Shown here in pieces: positions 1 to 8,822 of a DNA stretch of 41,747 nucleotides. The position numbers and the translations under genes were made by a program. The notes below the pieces were generated by a model, which was not told the origin of the DNA, did no database searches, and saw only the letters and a program-made list of their open reading frames with translations. Positions within the stretch are counted from its first letter, which is position 1, and every line of letters starts with the position of its first letter. This stretch comes from a virus (taxonomy: Duplodnaviria; Caudoviricetes). The stretch covers positions 1-41,747 of IMG/VR virus record IMGVR_UViG_3300001866_000188; one strand, 5' to 3'.

Positions 1-2
1 CC

Positions 3-575
3 GTCTGTGCATATTTACAGGGACAAGCATCTTTGGCCCCAATTAAACCCACTGACTACCAGCGCGGGCGATCCGGAGATAGCATACCGGATTTTTCCGA
101 TGTCAAAGGCCAGGAAATGGCCAAAAGAGCTCTGCTGGTAACCGCCGCCGGCCTGCATAATCTGCTGCTCATCGGCCCGCCCGGGAGCGGCAAGACCATG
201 CTGGCCCGCCGGGTCCCCGGTATTATGCCGGAGATGAGCCGAGAGGAGGTATTGGAAACCACTCGCATTTATTCGGTTGCCAATCTGTTAAATCCCGATT
301 TTCCTCTGGTGGATGTTCGTCCTTTTCGCGCCCCTCACAAAAACGCCTCATCCGCCAGCATAATCGGCGGCGGGAAAATTCCCCGCCCAGGAGAAATAAG
401 CCTGGCTCAGAACGGGGTGCTGTTCCTGGATGAATTCCCCGAGTTCAACCGCGACCTTTTGGAAGCCCTGCGTCAACCTTTGGAAGACAAGGTGGTAACC
501 GTGGCCCGTGCTCAGGCCACCCATACTTACCCGGCCAATTTTGCGCTGATTACCTCAATGAATCCGTGCCCGTGC
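3..575 (+). pseudogene. comM: ComM/YifB Mg-chelatase-like AAA+ ATPase, 5' part (starts before window; interrupted by prophage)
   Basis: DFSDVKGQ, Walker [39 protein letters not shown] and [10 protein letters not shown] motifs. Similarity stops right after MNPCPC. The frame is open from position 3. Confidence 0.93.
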
Positions 576-578
576 ATA
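558..578. other. Probable attL junction of the prophage within comM
   Basis: ComM normally continues MNPCPCG..; here ATGAATCCGTGCCCGTGC is followed by unrelated, more AT-rich sequence. The exact core needs attR. Confidence 0.75.
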
Positions 579-617
579 CCTAAAGTACAAGAAAGCTGTT
601 TCAAGGTGAATGTAAAT

Positions 618-1025
618 ATGAAGGAAAACTATCCCGAGGATACCTTTGGACAGAGGCTCCGAAAGGCACGGTTGTATAAAAATTTGCAAGTGCAGGAACT
701 GGCAGTTAAAGTAGAGTTGGAGCCACACACGATAAGCAACTGGGAGAATGACAAGTACTATCCCAGGCAATTTGACAGGGTGAAGCGGGTTGCAGATGTA
801 CTGGAAGTCACAACGGATTATATAATTGGCCCACTGCCTGAGGATTCTAATTTTGGAGAAAGGCTCGTTTACTATCGCAAATGTAGGGGCTTAAGCCAGG
901 TTGCCATGGCTGAGCTTCTTGAGGTCGTTCGGGAGACTGTTGCAGATGCCGAGAAGGGAAAGGCCAAACCATATATCAAAGCTAAACTAAAGGAATTAGA
1001 CCCTGAGTATTTCGGGGATGTTTGA
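618..1025 (+). CDS. XRE-family protein with two tandem HTH domains
   Basis: [22 protein letters not shown] and [32 protein letters not shown]-like AAGGTGA at 603-609 precedes ATG 618. In frame with the comM fragment. Confidence 0.85.
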   Translation: MKENYPEDTFGQRLRKARLYKNLQVQELAVKVELEPHTISNWENDKYYPRQFDRVKRVADVLEVTTDYIIGPLPEDSNFGERLVYYRKCRGLSQVAMAELLEVVRETVADAEKGKAKPYIKAKLKELDPEYFGDV

Positions 1026-1035
1026 CTCCAACATT

Positions 1036-1215
1036 TTAGTCAGGATGCCGTTCCAATTGTTCAATGTGCCACAACTGAAGATACTGTAATTCCATAAGCA
1101 TAACCTGCATCCGCTTCTTATTCCGCCGATCTGCGGCCAGATCGATCTTTTCTTTCAGTTGATAGATTTCCCGTTTCGTCTCCTCGATGGCCCGCTCTAA
1201 TTCTTCCCGTGTCAT
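1036..1215 (-). CDS. Small coiled-coil hypothetical protein (MTREELERAIEET...)
   Basis: ATG at 1215 is coupled to the upstream stop (TAATG); 59 aa; charged helical. Confidence 0.65.
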   Translation of the reverse strand: MTREELERAIEETKREIYQLKEKIDLAADRRNKKRMQVMLMELQYLQLWHIEQLERHPD

Positions 1216-1520
1216 TACCGCCACCAGAAGAGAGAAGCGATGGTGAACCCGTTTGCATGCACCACCCCATAGGCCAAGGCTAACCATACAATGACACTAA
1301 GGCCAATACCCCAACGGTCAGATCTTGTTAGTTTACGCCAAGCCAATAATAAATAAAGTAAGACTATCAGGGATGCCAGGGCTAACGCTATCAGCATTAC
1401 GAAAAAAGCCAGTGACCCCTGCGGATTTAGCATACAAATTACAACAATGATAGCCAGGATGATAGAGACAGTAGATAGCACCGAAAGGTCTTTGTTTAGC
1501 AGTTGCCAGAGCTTACTCAT
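1215..1520 (-). CDS. Small membrane protein (about 3 TM), moron
   Basis: Hydrophobic segments; GGTGA SD upstream. Confidence 0.65.
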   Translation of the reverse strand: MSKLWQLLNKDLSVLSTVSIILAIIVVICMLNPQGSLAFFVMLIALALASLIVLLYLLLAWRKLTRSDRWGIGLSVIVWLALAYGVVHANGFTIASLFWWR

Positions 1521-1675
1521 TCATGATCACCAACCTGATTTGTTGCTTCTTATTAATACTACATGGGATTTGGTAATTCCTGCATGAGCAAAAAAGGCTA
1601 TGGCATTCCCATTCGACGTGGCCGCGATGGCCTGCTGGAGCTCTTCGCGGTTCATATCATCACCTAATATTTGTT

Positions 1676-2191
1676 TTAGGTCTTTTTTTTCTGTTTCACG
1701 AGAACTTTTGCTTTAATACGGATCAAATATTTATCATCTTCTTCACCTGGAAGCCTAATGCAGTTCATATCGTTTCCCATTTCTTCAATTTGCGAAGTAT
1801 TAGGAATACGTTCGTTTTCTTGAAACCATTTTAATGTCTTTGCTTTGCCATTTGAATATAAATAGGCAATATATTCTGGGAGATAATACTTTCTTGCCAA
1901 CATGTATAACATAATAATTACTATTGTTGCTGCTATTGTAAAATAAATAAATACTCTATTCACAGTGATAGGTTTTATATAGAATTGAAGTAATTGAAAA
2001 ACAAATCCTAATAATATTAGAAGTAACCCATACATATTGGTAAAACGTGTTTCTCCGACATCCTGATAATCTATGGCTCCATAAGGTGATGGACCCCTTA
2101 CTTTTTTAAATATTGACCAAAAAGCTATTATTGCTGCTCCAATAGTCGTTAATACTGTTCCATAAATCGCACAGAACTTGGCACCTTCCAT
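1676..2191 (-). CDS. AT-rich membrane protein (3 TM plus soluble C-terminus), moron
   Basis: AGGAGG SD, TATAAT at 2214-2219, three hydrophobic segments, low GC; lies downstream of the lysis terminator. Confidence 0.75.
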   Translation of the reverse strand: MEGAKFCAIYGTVLTTIGAAIIAFWSIFKKVRGPSPYGAIDYQDVGETRFTNMYGLLLILLGFVFQLLQFYIKPITVNRVFIYFTIAATIVIIMLYMLARKYYLPEYIAYLYSNGKAKTLKWFQENERIPNTSQIEEMGNDMNCIRLPGEEDDKYLIRIKAKVLVKQKKKT

Positions 2192-2247
2192 TAAAACACC
2201 CCTCCTTTTCCATATTATACAATAGATATTTATTTAGCCTAAACCAC

Positions 2248-2271
2248 AAAAAGCCGGGGTCTCCCCCGGCT
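2248..2271 (-). terminator. Rho-independent terminator ending the lysis/late operon
   Basis: Minus strand AGCCGGGG-GAGA-CCCCGGCT followed by a T-run. Confidence 0.8.
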
Positions 2272-2304
2272 CATTTCTTCGATCTGTATACTGCGCGACC
2301 ATCC

Positions 2305-2628
2305 CTATTCCAGTTTCTTGGCCTTGGCCGCTTCAGAGACTGCCTTTTCAGATATAGACTTATCTCGCAGCTTCCCGGCTGCAGCCGCAACCAGGAATGA
2401 GTTGCAAAAGGACAGCGCATAGGTGCGCCAGTCGGTCGGATTGGCCCCCGCTGCAATGTTGGCCACGGTCAAAATACCAAAGCCGACCAGTGATGCAAAT
2501 AGATCCGTTCCCCACTTCCACCATGATTCAATCAGTCTCCCGGTATAGAGCACGATCAGAAACGTCAGCATGGCCGCGCCGCCCAGGGTGATGAGTGTCG
2601 CCCATGTAAAAAGGGTATCTTCTGCCAT
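2305..2628 (-). CDS. Holin-like membrane protein
   Basis: 107 aa, about 3 TM segments, charged C-terminal tail, directly after the endolysin. Confidence 0.7.
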   Translation of the reverse strand: MAEDTLFTWATLITLGGAAMLTFLIVLYTGRLIESWWKWGTDLFASLVGFGILTVANIAAGANPTDWRTYALSFCNSFLVAAAAGKLRDKSISEKAVSEAAKAKKLE

Positions 2629-2668
2629 CGTTTTTCACCTCCCCTACTTAAGGATCGCTTTGAAATTC

Positions 2669-3472
2669 CTATTCAACTACTGCCGTGTTACTGTCTGCAT
2701 CCCAGGTAACTCCGAGCCCTAAAACATCTGTAATTGCCCGGACAGGAACATAAGTATGGTTGTTGAGCACCAGGGGAATTAAAATCTTACTGGCAACTGC
2801 CACCTTAACATACTCAGTTTTAACTACGTCGGCGGTGACAGGCAATATCTTGGCCGTGTTGGTATCGCCATCCCATTCCACTACATGCCCCAATGCTTCA
2901 CCAAAAGCGCGGACCGGAGTGAACGAGGAACCGTTTACGCTTATGCCGGCCAGGACAATATCTCCGACCCGAACATTCAGGGGCGGATATAGCAGGTCGG
3001 CAAACAACCTCGACCAGGGGAAGTCCGGCCCAGGATCGTTCGGTCGATTCATCCCGTCTATGCGGCAGTGACCGATAATATGATTCCAGTCAATAGGAAT
3101 GCCACATTTTTCAACCAGCTGCCTGATCAGCCAGAGGCCAGCCTGGTATTGTTCCTCGGTCAGTTCTCCGCCTGATACGCATTCGAACTCAATTCCGATC
3201 GTATACCGGTTCGGATTTGTTCCGTCGTAAAGGTCCCACGTCGGATTAGCTACTGCCCCCGCGTGCCAGGCAGTGTTTTCATCTGCCACAAGCTGATAGA
3301 CCTCCCCGAGCTTGGTCACTAGGTAGTGCGCACTGGCCTGGGCTGCAGAGTTGCATAGCCAGTTCAGGCAGCCGCCCATTAAGCCGGCTGTGATATGCAA
3401 AACAATCGCCTCGGGCACTCTGCCCCTGCGGCCAGTTGAGAAATTCGGGCTTAAGTTTTCTAATATTTCCAT
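2669..3472 (-). CDS. Endolysin: N-acetylmuramoyl-L-alanine amidase (Amidase_2) with two C-terminal copper-amine-oxidase-N-like repeats
   Basis: IVLHIT, SAHYLV, AWHAG, IGIE, IIGH and DPG motifs; C-terminal PVRA..LG..V.WD repeats. Confidence 0.92.
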   Translation of the reverse strand: MEILENLSPNFSTGRRGRVPEAIVLHITAGLMGGCLNWLCNSAAQASAHYLVTKLGEVYQLVADENTAWHAGAVANPTWDLYDGTNPNRYTIGIEFECVSGGELTEEQYQAGLWLIRQLVEKCGIPIDWNHIIGHCRIDGMNRPNDPGPDFPWSRLFADLLYPPLNVRVGDIVLAGISVNGSSFTPVRAFGEALGHVVEWDGDTNTAKILPVTADVVKTEYVKVAVASKILIPLVLNNHTYVPVRAITDVLGLGVTWDADSNTAVVE

Positions 3473-3483
3473 GATCTTCCCTC

Positions 3484-4506
3484 CTATTTATAGAACCGGA
3501 TCTGCGTCGGGTTCTCGGGGAGCCACTCCACCACATAGCCCATGTTCTGGGATATAAAGCGGAACGGCACCAATATGCGGTTAGTTTCGGGATCAGTCAC
3601 CGGGGCACAGTCCAGTTTGACCTCCACTCCATCCACCAGGGCCACGGTCTTGTCCAGCCATAAAAACCCCTCTTTGCAGCCGACCGGAGCAATGATTATA
3701 TCGGTACCGGTCCAGGCCTCGTAGACGTACCAGCCGCTGTCAACATTCTTCGTGGTTAACCACTCATAGGGCAGGTAGGCATATCCGTTTTCGCCCCAGC
3801 CTGTACCCCAGGAATTGCGCAGGATAAGCCTGTTCTTCTCGGGCTGATCCCCAACTATGCCTACTGCATGGCCGCCGCGGATAGTGCCATTTGGCAGGGG
3901 CAGGTTCCCGTCGGCATCCGGCTCGAAGTTTTCACACACCAGCAGGGCCATGACGAAGGGGCCTGCTTTCAGAGCCAGTCGCATGGCTGCCAGGGCCTGA
4001 CTCCGGTTGGCATCAGTTCTCGCGCATATGCGGGCGTAGGACGCTATCTTGTACGTCTCCGCATTTGCCTTGGCATCGTCACTCACAGACGGGACCTTCC
4101 CTTCTGGGAGGCTGGCCAGCGTTGAGTACGGCATGACTTTCTCGGTGCATACACCGTACTTCTGCAATATCTGCATGGCCGCCTTGATCGAAGTCCCTTC
4201 GGTGGAGGGCAGCCCGTCGACCTGTTTGCACATGCTGTACAGGAATGCAGCGGATAATCCTCCTTCGGGGTAGTCAGACTGTGCCAGTTCATGATAGGTT
4301 TTCAGCGTCCAGGCATCAGCACAGGCCACACAGCTTCCCCTTTGCCCCTGGTCAAAAACGTCCGGCATCATAGGCCGGTAGTCTATTTCCTTCGGTTCGG
4401 AGTCCGCCGCAATTCCTGCGCAGGCAAACAGTTGAAAAATGTTGTAATCCCGAGCATCGTATCTCGATGGTTGACAGTTAAGTTTATGTCCTTTGAATTC
4501 TCCCAT
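3484..4506 (-). CDS. Papain-family (C1A) cysteine peptidase with C-terminal copper-amine-oxidase-N-like domain
   Basis: DQGQRGSCVA (catalytic Cys), GGHAV (His), RNSWGTGWGENGY (Asn); C-terminal RILVPFRFISQNMGYVVEW. Confidence 0.9.
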   Translation of the reverse strand: MGEFKGHKLNCQPSRYDARDYNIFQLFACAGIAADSEPKEIDYRPMMPDVFDQGQRGSCVACADAWTLKTYHELAQSDYPEGGLSAAFLYSMCKQVDGLPSTEGTSIKAAMQILQKYGVCTEKVMPYSTLASLPEGKVPSVSDDAKANAETYKIASYARICARTDANRSQALAAMRLALKAGPFVMALLVCENFEPDADGNLPLPNGTIRGGHAVGIVGDQPEKNRLILRNSWGTGWGENGYAYLPYEWLTTKNVDSGWYVYEAWTGTDIIIAPVGCKEGFLWLDKTVALVDGVEVKLDCAPVTDPETNRILVPFRFISQNMGYVVEWLPENPTQIRFYK

Positions 4507-4521
4507 AATAAAACCCTCTCC

Positions 4522-4800
4522 TCACTTTCCTATTAAGACAAACATGACGAGACCGGTCAAAAGGGCCGACCCTATGCTGCCAACCACCAGCGCCCATTTG
4601 GGTACGCCGGTGGCCTTTTCTATCTTCGTGTTCATGCAAGAACGGCAAGCGGTACGGGTTTCCTCGCACTCTTTACGGCTCGGTGGCGAATTCTCAACCA
4701 GCTTATCCAGCCTTTCGTGAATGCGTTTAATAGCCTCGCATTGCTCAGCCCTAAATGTTGAAATAGAATCCATTATGGATGCATATACGTCCGGTGGCAA
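4522..4800 (-). CDS. Coiled-coil protein with single C-terminal TM (XhlA/holin-like)
   Basis: RIHERLDKL coiled coil plus C-terminal hydrophobic helix; lysis region. Confidence 0.6.
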   Translation of the reverse strand: MPPDVYASIMDSISTFRAEQCEAIKRIHERLDKLVENSPPSRKECEETRTACRSCMNTKIEKATGVPKWALVVGSIGSALLTGLVMFVLIGK

Positions 4801-4857
4801 TCACATCCCCTCCCCCAATAAAATAGCCGCCCCGAAGAGCGGCATTAGTGCCAATTA

Positions 4858-5163
4858 TTATGATGATCCTTTCCTGATAAGCGCTACAATTATTGCTGTA
4901 AATGCAATAAGCCATGTTATGACTTGGTAGATATTGAGCCGATTGTCCTTTTTTGTTTCCTCCTTGATGCTACATTTAGTATGATGTTGAGCGACCATGC
5001 TCTTTAGTTCCACAACATCTTCACGTAGCCCATTATAATCGCGAATTAACACCTGCGTTTTGCTGAGTTCAGCGTTCGTTCGTTCTAGTCCTTTGCTTAG
5101 CTCAAGCATCATTTCATATAGTTCTTTATTAGAATACCAATCCCCCTTTGTCTCTTCACCCAA
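4858..5163 (-). CDS. Coiled-coil protein with single C-terminal TM (holin-like)
   Basis: WYSNKELYEM..IRDYNGLRE coiled coil plus C-terminal TM. Confidence 0.6.
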   Translation of the reverse strand: MGEETKGDWYSNKELYEMMLELSKGLERTNAELSKTQVLIRDYNGLREDVVELKSMVAQHHTKCSIKEETKKDNRLNIYQVITWLIAFTAIIVALIRKGSS

Positions 5164-5254
5164 GCAGCATCACTCCCCTACAGAGTAAATGTAGCAACAC
5201 TCAAAAAGCAGTATTAGAAATGGAATTTTTGTTTATGAAGTCCTCGCCTTACCA

Positions 5255-5491
5255 TTATATGGTTGCTATCGAACAAGGGTTACTAGGAACTATTATTTCT
5301 CTCTCTCTTCTCTCCATCTGCTTAGCCATTTCTTTGATGTCTGCTCCAGCCTTCTCCTCTGATATAGGCCGCGACAATGCATCGCAGACCTCATTCATGG
5401 CCATGCGGGCTTGGTGACCCTGGATAGGCACCTTGTCCAAGAATACCCCTAAGTTTCTTACGACCTGGTCGCTTAGTTCATACTTTGCCAA
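5255..5491 (-). CDS. Hypothetical phage protein
   Basis: GGAGGG SD; lies at the end of the tail module. Confidence 0.55.
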   Translation of the reverse strand: MAKYELSDQVVRNLGVFLDKVPIQGHQARMAMNEVCDALSRPISEEKAGADIKEMAKQMERREREIIVPSNPCSIATI

Positions 5492-5504
5492 TTTGATCCC
5501 CTCC

Positions 5505-5837
5505 CTATATGTCGATTGCGTCTTGGAATTCGGCCAGGCTCTTCAAGAATTCATAGGCCTGGTGGACTACGTTCCCGCCAGCGTCCATTGCCGCGCAGGA
5601 GAAATACTCGTCAAATACTGGACTGGGTAAATCCGGGGGGGCCATCTCAATTGCTACCCCATTGTAGTTTTGAATTTGAAGTGGGCTCTTGCCTGCGTCT
5701 CGGGCGGCCTTGGTTAGGTATACTCCAACCGCAACGTTAAAGGTTTTATTGGTGTAGTCCAGTCCAACCGCTAAAACCTTGTAATACGCGGTTGTTTCCA
5801 GTCCCGAATCAAAGGTGATTTCTTTTTGTAAAGCCAT
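5505..5837 (-). CDS. Tail-associated hypothetical protein (possible fibre assembly factor)
   Basis: AAGGAGG SD; MALQK..QAYEFLKSL.EF.DA.D pattern typical of genes after tail spikes. Confidence 0.65.
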   Translation of the reverse strand: MALQKEITFDSGLETTAYYKVLAVGLDYTNKTFNVAVGVYLTKAARDAGKSPLQIQNYNGVAIEMAPPDLPSPVFDEYFSCAAMDAGGNVVHQAYEFLKSLAEFQDAIDI

Positions 5838-5849
5838 AATGTCCTCCTT

Positions 5850-8246
5850 CTACACTGCCGTCCAATTCGTTCCATCGCTTGATTTTTCTAAGACGCCGGT
5901 GCTGCTAGTCCTCAGTAAATTATAGTAAGTGCCTGTTGAATCCCATATTTTGTAGTAGTAGCCTCCGAGAGATGGCACCCAGCCCCAGCCATTCACAAGA
6001 AGTGGCCAGTTCGCATTTGGATCTACTCCTATTCCTACGTTACCATTTAGTTTTGTGTTACCTTCAACGTGGAGAGGAAAGGACGGATTTGTTTTTATGC
6101 CTACATTGTCATTAATCTCCACATTAGAATCTGCTTCGATCACGATGTTACCAAACTTCTTAAGAACAATTTTTGTATTATAGCAAGTCAAATATAGGCC
6201 CATGGGAGATTCACTGAATCCAAGTCCAGCTTGTGCAGCACCATAAGTGGTGTCCAGAAACCACATAGCAGCACCATAGGTAGGGTCTGCCCAAATGTTC
6301 ATACGAGGTTTTCCATTACTATCGTTGACCGTTAAGTCACCAGTCATTTTAGCCAGGCCACCTTGTGTTACTCTAAACGGCGCGGTCGCCCTATTGGCAT
6401 AGGTAGCCCCGGCCCAGAATCGGACGTCAGTATCCGCGCTACCAGTTCCGCTGATTCCTGCAGTGTTGGTTCCACTCCCTACGGTTACTGAACCGAGGAA
6501 ATTACCGGCATTGCCGGTTATAATCGGCGACTCAACGGATGCCCCAGTGATTAAGGTTGTTGATATATAGGCGCTTCCAGCAGAACCTGCGCTTCCCGCG
6601 CTGTTTGCATATCCAGAATTGGTGGCCCAGTCAATAGTGCCTGTAAGGTTTACCCCCGTTGCAGTCAAAACGCCTGCCGTACTCACCCGAAACGGCGCTA
6701 TTGTTGGCACGCTCGACCCAGCATAAAACGCTATATCTCCCGTGGCAATTCCCCTGGTGTTCCCCGCGAGGCCTAGTTTGAGCCCATTTGTACCGTCTAT
6801 CGTCCAGCCGCCGATCGTGCCTGAGTTTGCTTTCAGCGCCCCGGTCATGTCCACGGAGAATGGAGCCGCTGCAAATCCGGCGTTACCCAGGTGGATTCCA
6901 GACGTGCTGGCCTTGAAAACGGAGTCATCAGCCCCGATGGTCATCTGGACACCCTTCAGGGTGCCAGCTGTAACCAGGTCTGCCGTGAATCCGCTACCTT
7001 TGCCAAAGGTGCGCCAGTCCCAGACGCCTCCATCCTTGTGATCGGCTATAGCCAGTATCCCCGGCCCCAGGTACAGCGCGCCGTAGTCCGGGCTATCCGC
7101 TTGTACATTTTCAAACAGCAGTCCCTTGCCTTCGACAACCTGAGCCGTGGCATATGCTCCAGAGGCCACCACCTGGTTTTTCAAGGTATCGATAACGCCG
7201 GACAACCAGTATGTGTTCAGGTTCCCGGATGGGGTCGTCACCTTTTCCACGGTCTTCTGTGTACTCGTGAAGCTGGCCAGCAGGTCGCTGGTGTCGGCCT
7301 GGACATTGGCCAGTGTGACTGAGCTCCTCCATGGCTCATATGGGTATTCGCTATACTTTGTGATTCGGACTTTTACGTCGATTCCCAGAACTTCGTCTAC
7401 GACGGTGATGTCGTCCCCCAGGGCGAACTCCTCCAGGTCCCCGTATTCGGTGAGGGACTTCAACTCGACTACGTCCAACTCGTAGCTAGCCGCCGGGATG
7501 TCGACTGTGGGCAGATATTCCTGGGCCTTGGCCAGCAGCTCATTCTCGTCCTCGACTTCCGACCAGCGAACTATGCCCACCTTGGGGCGGCGATAGAGGT
7601 CGATATACTGGCTATCGATGTGTTTTTTCCCGGTCGGATTGACCAGGATGATATCGATATCATCTACGCCATACGGGATCAGCCGCGTGATCATATCTTT
7701 CGTAGACACGTTCCGCGCGATGCTTTTGATATTTTTGCCATAGCGGAACTGCACCCCGGTGTCCGACCCGCGCCGGTTGAGCAGGTGGATCGTGAAGTTG
7801 TCGCGGTAGAGCTCCCCTCCGCACTGGCTTATGATCTCAGTTATGACTTCGATCGGGTTCGTGTCGTCCAGCTGAATGTAATCGGCCAGCGTGGTCGGTT
7901 CCACTGTCCCGATCGTGAACTCGCAGCCGGATATATTTATGGCAGCGGCCAGTGCATCAGCGGGCGTGTCCCCCTCCAGTTCAATGGTCTCGATATATTC
8001 GTCCAGCAGAGCATAGAAGATATGCTCGCAGCTGACATTCAGCAGCGCCTGGTCGTCATGGTTGGCCTGGATCTCTTTGATGACGAACAGTTGCCCCCCG
8101 GGGGCCTCTATGATATTCTCCACGACCACGTCGCTCACTTTAGGGTCGGTCGCGGCTATTGAGAATGTCAGGGTATATGCTCCATTGATTTCCTCTGTGA
8201 GGCAAACATCCAACGCGTTTTCGAGTAGTCCGAGTCCGTAGCTCAA
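5850..8246 (-). CDS. Tail spike / Tal (prophage tail endopeptidase family) with beta-rich C-terminal extension
   Basis: EEINGAYTLTF, GGELYRDNFTI, FRYGKNIKSI, TRLIPYG, LGDDITVVD and WDWRTFG motifs; three APF(R/S)V repeats; GNVGIG. Confidence 0.88.
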   Translation of the reverse strand: MSYGLGLLENALDVCLTEEINGAYTLTFSIAATDPKVSDVVVENIIEAPGGQLFVIKEIQANHDDQALLNVSCEHIFYALLDEYIETIELEGDTPADALAAAINISGCEFTIGTVEPTTLADYIQLDDTNPIEVITEIISQCGGELYRDNFTIHLLNRRGSDTGVQFRYGKNIKSIARNVSTKDMITRLIPYGVDDIDIILVNPTGKKHIDSQYIDLYRRPKVGIVRWSEVEDENELLAKAQEYLPTVDIPAASYELDVVELKSLTEYGDLEEFALGDDITVVDEVLGIDVKVRITKYSEYPYEPWRSSVTLANVQADTSDLLASFTSTQKTVEKVTTPSGNLNTYWLSGVIDTLKNQVVASGAYATAQVVEGKGLLFENVQADSPDYGALYLGPGILAIADHKDGGVWDWRTFGKGSGFTADLVTAGTLKGVQMTIGADDSVFKASTSGIHLGNAGFAAAPFSVDMTGALKANSGTIGGWTIDGTNGLKLGLAGNTRGIATGDIAFYAGSSVPTIAPFRVSTAGVLTATGVNLTGTIDWATNSGYANSAGSAGSAGSAYISTTLITGASVESPIITGNAGNFLGSVTVGSGTNTAGISGTGSADTDVRFWAGATYANRATAPFRVTQGGLAKMTGDLTVNDSNGKPRMNIWADPTYGAAMWFLDTTYGAAQAGLGFSESPMGLYLTCYNTKIVLKKFGNIVIEADSNVEINDNVGIKTNPSFPLHVEGNTKLNGNVGIGVDPNANWPLLVNGWGWVPSLGGYYYKIWDSTGTYYNLLRTSSTGVLEKSSDGTNWTAV

Positions 8247-8261
8247 TATGATTCGCCTCCT

Positions 8262-8801
8262 TTAAAATGAAGTGGCCTTCTTGTCGAAGACCTTGAGATA
8301 GACTCTGCTTTTTGACTTGTGGAGCGCTTTGGCGTTTCCGATTACTGTTGCCGCGCCCAGGATATTAGCCGCTGCCGGTAGCCTGAATAGCGCTCCCGCT
8401 GTAACGGTTGCCATGGCGGTTATTCGTACCGCAGTATACTTCCGGAGAAGGCTATCCGAAGACACACTCCCCTGTCCAGTTATACTCCCGGATGTGAATT
8501 TCCGCTGTAGGGTGGATGCCTCGACGATGGCAGTTCCCTTTATGTCCGCCTGGACCAGCTTGGCTTTGATGGCATTAGCTTCTACATTAGCACTCCCGGC
8601 GACATTGGCCCCAGCCTGTACACGAAATTTTGTCTCCCCGGTCAAAGTAGCGGTTCCCAGAATAGAAGCAGTTCCCAGGATCGCAATTGAAGCATTGGCT
8701 CCCAGGATCGCGCTATCTTGTATATCGGCGGCAATGGGTACCCCTATCTCATTAAACTTGATGCCAGTATTAAATTTTAACCGATGATTAAACTTAGCCA
8801 A
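8262..8801 (-). CDS. Minor tail protein with FN repeats and Ala/Gly beta-repeats
   Basis: KFNHRLKFNTGIKFN N-terminus; periodic A.I.G.A motifs. Confidence 0.7.
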   Translation of the reverse strand: MAKFNHRLKFNTGIKFNEIGVPIAADIQDSAILGANASIAILGTASILGTATLTGETKFRVQAGANVAGSANVEANAIKAKLVQADIKGTAIVEASTLQRKFTSGSITGQGSVSSDSLLRKYTAVRITAMATVTAGALFRLPAAANILGAATVIGNAKALHKSKSRVYLKVFDKKATSF

Positions 8802-8822
8802 AAAATACCCCCTTTCTGGAAG

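Noticed and set aside
33-1025. 330-aa ORF as one native gene starting at TTG 33
   Set aside because: The frame is open upstream of 33, and the ORF is a chimera of truncated comM and a phage HTH gene.
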